DNA from: Candidatus Diapherotrites archaeon CG08_land_8_20_14_0_20_30_16
Lineage (GTDB): Archaea; Iainarchaeota; Iainarchaeia; Iainarchaeales; 0-14-0-20-30-16
Direction: 5' to 3'
Assembly: GCA_002779075.1 (NCBI GenBank)
Contig: PEXK01000012.1
Span: forward strand, 1 to 18,294
Length of the DNA: 18,294 bases
Position 1 is the stretch's first letter. Every line of letters starts with the position of its first letter. Shown in pieces: positions 15,137-18,294 of the stretch. Both the position numbers and the translations under genes were made by a program. The notes below the pieces were generated by a model. It had not been told where the DNA came from and did no database searches. It saw nothing but the letters and a program-made list of their open reading frames with translations.

Positions 15137-15209
15137 GACTTGGATCGTCCAGTGGTTAGGATAGAAGACTGTGGATCTTCTGACCCGGGTTCAAATCCCG
15201 GTCCAGGTC
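15137..15209 (+). tRNA. tRNA-His (anticodon GUG) with genome-encoded G-1 opposite C73; no encoded CCA
   Basis: Folded by hand. Acceptor ACTTGGA/TCCAGGT (one U-G pair). D-arm GTCC-AGTGGTTA-GGAT. Anticodon arm GAAGA-CTGTGGA-TCTTC. 4-nt variable loop TGAC. T-arm CCGGG-TTCAAAT-CCCGG. An extra 5' G pairs with discriminator C, the His identity feature. Confidence 0.92.
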
Positions 15210-15214
15210 CTTGA

Positions 15215-15234
15215 TGTGGAATGAGAATTCCACA
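15215..15234 (+). terminator. Perfect hairpin TGTGGAAT-GAGA-ATTCCACA 6 nt after the tRNA, followed by CCCTTTTGGG
   Basis: 8-bp stem with a 4-nt loop, read directly from the sequence. The downstream T-run is compatible with an archaeal terminator. Confidence 0.4.
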
Positions 15235-15321
15235 GCCCTTTTGGGTTATATTTAAATCAATAATGAATCAAAAACAGAGCATATTTAAATCATTTGCTTC
15301 TAATTATATAAGTGATTTATT

Positions 15322-15567
15322 ATGAATGTAGTATTAAGAGGAGTAACTAAAGAGTATTTAGATATTATGGTTGAAGATGGTTATGCAAATACCCAATCTG
15401 AAGCAATAAGAATGGCCATAGTTTACTTTGGAAAAGAACATTTAAATAAAGAAATAGAGTTAGTTAATAAGAAATTAGATTATATAGATGCAGAAGCAAA
15501 AGCTGGTAGAAGAAAAGTTTTGAATTCTAAAGAAGCGTTAGGAGAATATGAGAAATATCTTAAATAA
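15322..15567 (+). CDS. Ribbon-helix-helix (CopG/ParD-like) antitoxin candidate
   Basis: 81 aa. An N-terminal beta strand (MNVVLRGV) is followed by two helices (KEYLDIMVEDGYANTQSEAIRMAIVYF). It sits 8 nt upstream of a RelE/ParE-like reading frame. Confidence 0.6.
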   Translation: MNVVLRGVTKEYLDIMVEDGYANTQSEAIRMAIVYFGKEHLNKEIELVNKKLDYIDAEAKAGRRKVLNSKEALGEYEKYLK

Positions 15568-15575
15568 TATGTTTT

Positions 15576-15743
15576 ATGTCAGAATATATTGCTACTTATG
15601 ATGATGATTGGAACAAGTATTTTAACAAGCAATTTCATGAATTAAAAATTCGTATTGTGAAGAAAATCTTAAAAATTTTAGAATATCCTCAAAAATTACG
15701 ACATAGTTCTTACCATATTTCTTTGCACATTTGGGGCAAGTAG
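15576..15743 (+). pseudogene. Truncated RelE/ParE-family toxin remnant (55 codons; only about the first 43 look toxin-like)
   Basis: Hand translation: MSEYIATYDDDWNKYFNKQFHELKIRIVKKILKILEYPQKLRH, then unrelated SSYHISLHIWGK-stop. The N-terminal pattern resembles RelE/ParE helices. The conserved C-terminal beta-sheet is absent. The frame runs antisense into the 3' end of the converging gene. Confidence 0.4.
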
Positions 15744-16155
15744 TATAATAATAATAAACTTTAATTGGATCTTTGCCTGTTTTTCTTTTTGTGTAATCAA
15801 CAATATCTTTGTACCAATTACCCACGTCTTTAAATAGTCCTTCAAAAACTTTTGTTAAGAATTTTCCAGATAAAGTAATATTTTCAGCATTAGGTATAGT
15901 TCTATCAACAGCTAAATACAAATCCATATTCCACATAGATGTGTGATCAGATAAACACAAGTATTCTGGGTTAGTTGCTTTTGCAGCATCTATTTTTTTA
16001 TGTAATTTAACAATTACACTTCCAAAGTTAATTGGTACATAAAAAAGAGTAAACACTTTATCTTTTACAAATCTTTTATTTTTCCATAAATTAGTTTTAT
16101 TATCCCAAGGAGCAGGATCAAATCTAGGACAACACACTTTATCACTTTCTATCAT
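15622..16155 (-). CDS. Conserved hypothetical protein (CCP-x-FDP-x-PWD N-terminus, YTTCPKCAKKYGKNYVV C-terminus)
   Basis: ORF 15622..16167. The ATG at 16155 (MIESDKVCCPRFDPAPWDNK...) is preferred over the TTG at 16167. The last 20 or so codons (ILKFLRFSSQYEFLIHEIAC) are antisense to the toxin remnant and look like a read-through extension. Confidence 0.7.
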   Translation of the reverse strand: MIESDKVCCPRFDPAPWDNKTNLWKNKRFVKDKVFTLFYVPINFGSVIVKLHKKIDAAKATNPEYLCLSDHTSMWNMDLYLAVDRTIPNAENITLSGKFLTKVFEGLFKDVGNWYKDIVDYTKRKTGKDPIKVYYYYTTCPKCAKKYGKNYVVIFEDILKFLRFSSQYEFLIHEIAC

Positions 16156-16167
16156 AATATTACCCAA

Positions 16168-16413
16168 TTATACCCAAAATCCAACAAAATAAGGTCCGCC
16201 TTCACAACTTGTTGCTGATCTATCAAAAGGAAACCAACTTATGATATAATCACAAATTAATTTTCATGTATTTTTATCAATAGTGCCATCAATAGACCCT
16301 TTTTCTTGCATGATTTTATCATGTACATTTTGATTGTTCATCCAAGGTGCCCAACCAAGAACTATTATTGCGACAATTATAATTATTATTCCTAATATTG
16401 TATATTTGTTCAT
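16168..16413 (-). pseudogene. Small N-terminally membrane-anchored protein gene interrupted by a single in-frame TGA (codon 50 of 81)
   Basis: Hand translation: MNKYTILGIIIIIVAIIVLGWAPWMNNQNVHDKIMQEKGSIDGTIDKNT-TGA-KLICDYIISWFPFDRSATSCEGGPYFVGFWV-TAA. Both halves are in the same frame. The TGA is at 16264-16266. Confidence 0.45.
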
Positions 16414-16417
16414 AAAA

Positions 16418-17275
16418 TCACTTCTTTTCTAATTTTTTTTGTTTTCTTTCTTCTAAGCTCAAATAATTTTCATTTGACATTACGGGTTTGCCAATTTTTC
16501 TTTCAGTATCTTTTCTAGCATTCTTTGCAACTTGTCCGCCTTGCTTAGCTGCTTTCTTTAATTCTGGAAACTTTTTTGCATTTTTGTTTTTGGTTATCTC
16601 TGTTGTTACTTTTTCACCTAGCATATTAAAAATTAATTCTAAATCATTCATATGGTCTCTTAAATTAGTATTCTTCTTATTGGGTAAGCCTTTGAATTTT
16701 TTATATTCCTCAACAGTTTTATCAAAAGTTGCTTTGCTTATTTCATTAGTTAAGATAGCAAAATCTTTATCTTCTTTTATTCCTCTATTTTTCCATTCAT
16801 CAGTTAACTCTTGTCTAATTGCAATGCCTCTTACTCTTTTATCAATCCAATCTTTCGGATAACCTTTTAATTCATAATATTCTTTAGCCCTATCTTGCGC
16901 AAGCTCTGGATCCTCTATTTCTTGTATTCGCTCATAGCCTACTTGTGCTAACCATCTTTTAAGAGGTTCGGCTTTGGGTGATGGGACGGATTGTATTATT
17001 CTAAACATTGTTTCAACATTAGCACAGTCTGTTTCATATTTCTTGCCATCAGAAGACTTTAATTTCAGTTGTCGACAAATTGTCGATAACTCAATTCCAC
17101 TAGACTCTTTTTCTCTTTTTTTCAATTTATACCAATAATCTTTAGGATCTAAACTATCTGTTAATGCAAAAATAACATCCACAACAGAAAAGTACCATTC
17201 ATTATTATACCACGTTTTTCGAAAGTTTTTTCCTTCAAACACAACTAAAGCAGTTTCTTTATTAGACATTAACAT
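16418..17275 (-). CDS. Bro-N domain / DinD-like (DNA-damage-inducible protein D family) protein
   Basis: N-terminal Bro-N pattern: VVFEGKNFRKTWYNNEWYFSVVDVIFALT...DGKKYETDCANVETMFRIIQSVPSPKAEPLKRWLAQVGYERIQE. Central region is DinD-like: LRDHMNDLELIFNMLGE. The start ATG (17275-17273) overlaps the TGA of the upstream ATPase by 1 nt (GTGATG). Confidence 0.75.
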   Translation of the reverse strand: MLMSNKETALVVFEGKNFRKTWYNNEWYFSVVDVIFALTDSLDPKDYWYKLKKREKESSGIELSTICRQLKLKSSDGKKYETDCANVETMFRIIQSVPSPKAEPLKRWLAQVGYERIQEIEDPELAQDRAKEYYELKGYPKDWIDKRVRGIAIRQELTDEWKNRGIKEDKDFAILTNEISKATFDKTVEEYKKFKGLPNKKNTNLRDHMNDLELIFNMLGEKVTTEITKNKNAKKFPELKKAAKQGGQVAKNARKDTERKIGKPVMSNENYLSLEERKQKKLEKK

Positions 17276-18294
17276 CACTTCTTGAAAGCAGAAGCTGTTT
17301 TACCTGCATCCCATGTTGTTCTTGGGCGTGTTCTGACCATCCAGAGTTTCTCAGAATTATCATCTAAAATTAGGGCATATCCTTTTGCTCTGGGCATTGT
17401 TCCAAAATATTTGTCCATATCTTCATGCAAATATGTTGGTCTCAGTGTTGATACACTATCAATATCCATTTTTGCTGTTAGTCTCATACTTATAAAAAGG
17501 TCACACTGTGATATTGCATCAGGATGTAATCTCTCTGGACGCTGTGTTGCTAAGAGCAAACTCAAACCAGGCTGGCGACCTACTCTAACCCATTCAAGCA
17601 GGACCTCTAATGCCATTGAAGACCTGTCTTTAGGCATAAACATATGTGCTTCATCAATTAGCATCCAGACCATAGGCAGATCGCTTTGCTTTTCTCCGCC
17701 CTCAATCAATGTAATTTCTTCTCTTTTTCTTTCCAATTCTCTTTGCTCAAACAATCTTTTGCCCAAAATAGCAACAATAATCTCTCGAACACTTTCCATT
17801 CCCAAAACCTGACCATAAGTAGAAACATCAATTACAGTTACAAATCCTGGTTTAGCGATGTCAGTTATGGGGCTGCCTTCTTTTGAAAAAATACCCCATG
17901 ATTCTCCAATTTTGAATCTATTCTTCAAGCTTGTTCTGTCTTTTGCATCATATTGTTCTAAAGAATCTATTACAGAGTAAATCTCAGGTATTCCAAAATA
18001 GGTGCCAAAAGTAGCTTTTGCTTTTTCAATGGTATCTAACAATATTGCAGTTTCAACATCTTGCCAATTTAAATGAAACATTGAAAGCCATTCCAGAACA
18101 TCAATATCTGCAGTTTTGATATTGAAAGCACCATCAACTGGCAAATTATTTTTTTTATAAAAATCAAACTTGCCCATAGGTACTAATACCCTCATATTTG
18201 TTATACCTTCAGGTTGTAATCCCCAATCATAAAGAGAATCTGCTTCTAAAGTATTTGGCAACTTCAAACTCCAAAATATGCCCACTGTATCTAT
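17275..18294 (-). CDS. HerA/FtsK-superfamily (COG0433/DUF87-type) ATPase, 5'-truncated by the window edge
   Basis: Walker B MLIDEAHMF, then the GRQPGLSLLLATQRP and ISQCDLFISMRL motifs typical of HerA-like ATPases. The frame stays open to position 18294, so the Walker A region lies outside the window. Confidence 0.75.
   Translation of the reverse strand: MDTVGIFWSLKLPNTLEADSLYDWGLQPEGITNMRVLVPMGKFDFYKKNNLPVDGAFNIKTADIDVLEWLSMFHLNWQDVETAILLDTIEKAKATFGTYFGIPEIYSVIDSLEQYDAKDRTSLKNRFKIGESWGIFSKEGSPITDIAKPGFVTVIDVSTYGQVLGMESVREIIVAILGKRLFEQRELERKREEITLIEGGEKQSDLPMVWMLIDEAHMFMPKDRSSMALEVLLEWVRVGRQPGLSLLLATQRPERLHPDAISQCDLFISMRLTAKMDIDSVSTLRPTYLHEDMDKYFGTMPRAKGYALILDDNSEKLWMVRTRPRTTWDAGKTASAFKK

Noticed and set aside
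16264-16266. Genome-wide TGA recoding (to Trp or Gly) as the explanation for the in-frame TGA.
   Set aside because: TGA serves as the genuine stop of at least seven well-supported genes in this window: S28e, JAMM, Nop5, the AlbA_2 protein, the MBL hydrolase, the DUF4190-like protein and the HerA-like ATPase. In several of these the next gene starts immediately afterwards.
266-17886. Sixteen ORFs in the supplied track lie antisense to, or overlap, strong genes: 266-475, 1702-2028, 3595-3801, 3845-4030, 3913-4122, 6187-6489, 7276-7536, 8766-8957, 9087-9272, 9244-9522, 9734-9982, 13149-13385, 14852-15052, 16488-16862, 17282-17812 and 17686-17886.
   Set aside because: Each is the shadow of a well-supported gene on the opposite strand or in another frame. 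Their translations are low-complexity (Leu/Phe/Ser/Ile-rich), they have no SD, and they show no recognisable motifs.

Overview
This is an AT-rich archaeal chromosomal segment. The lineage call rests on archaea-specific genes (L7Ae, S28e, L24e, aIF5B, aIF2-gamma, Rpo7, Spt4, Nop5, fibrillarin) and on GGTGAT-type Shine-Dalgarno sites upstream of most starts. Positions 1-6444 hold a conserved plus-strand translation/transcription cluster: L7Ae, S28e, L24e, aIF5B, S6e, aIF2-gamma, PIN nuclease, Rpo7, Spt4, S24e, S27ae. A JAMM/MPN protease and a CPA2 antiporter with a TrkA-N domain follow. The C/D-box sRNP pair nop5/fibrillarin (8915-12639) is unusual in two ways. Nop5 appears to lack its fibrillarin-binding N-terminal domain. 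The two genes are also split by two inserted genes, an AlbA_2/HATPase_c_4/wHTH protein and a PhnP-like MBL hydrolase, and each gene boundary carries a near-identical TGATAT(C)TATG junction. After fibrillarin come an AT-hook repeat protein, a lipoprotein-like protein, a small membrane protein and an AbrB-like gene. A tRNA-His(GUG) at 15137-15209 marks a switch to a minus-strand accessory region. That region holds an RHH antitoxin with a truncated RelE/ParE-like toxin, a conserved Cys-rich protein, a small gene interrupted by an in-frame TGA, and a translationally coupled HerA/FtsK-type ATPase (cut by the window edge) plus a Bro-N/DinD-like protein. Several long spacers share short exact motifs. 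No CRISPR array, rRNA or recognisable transposase was seen.
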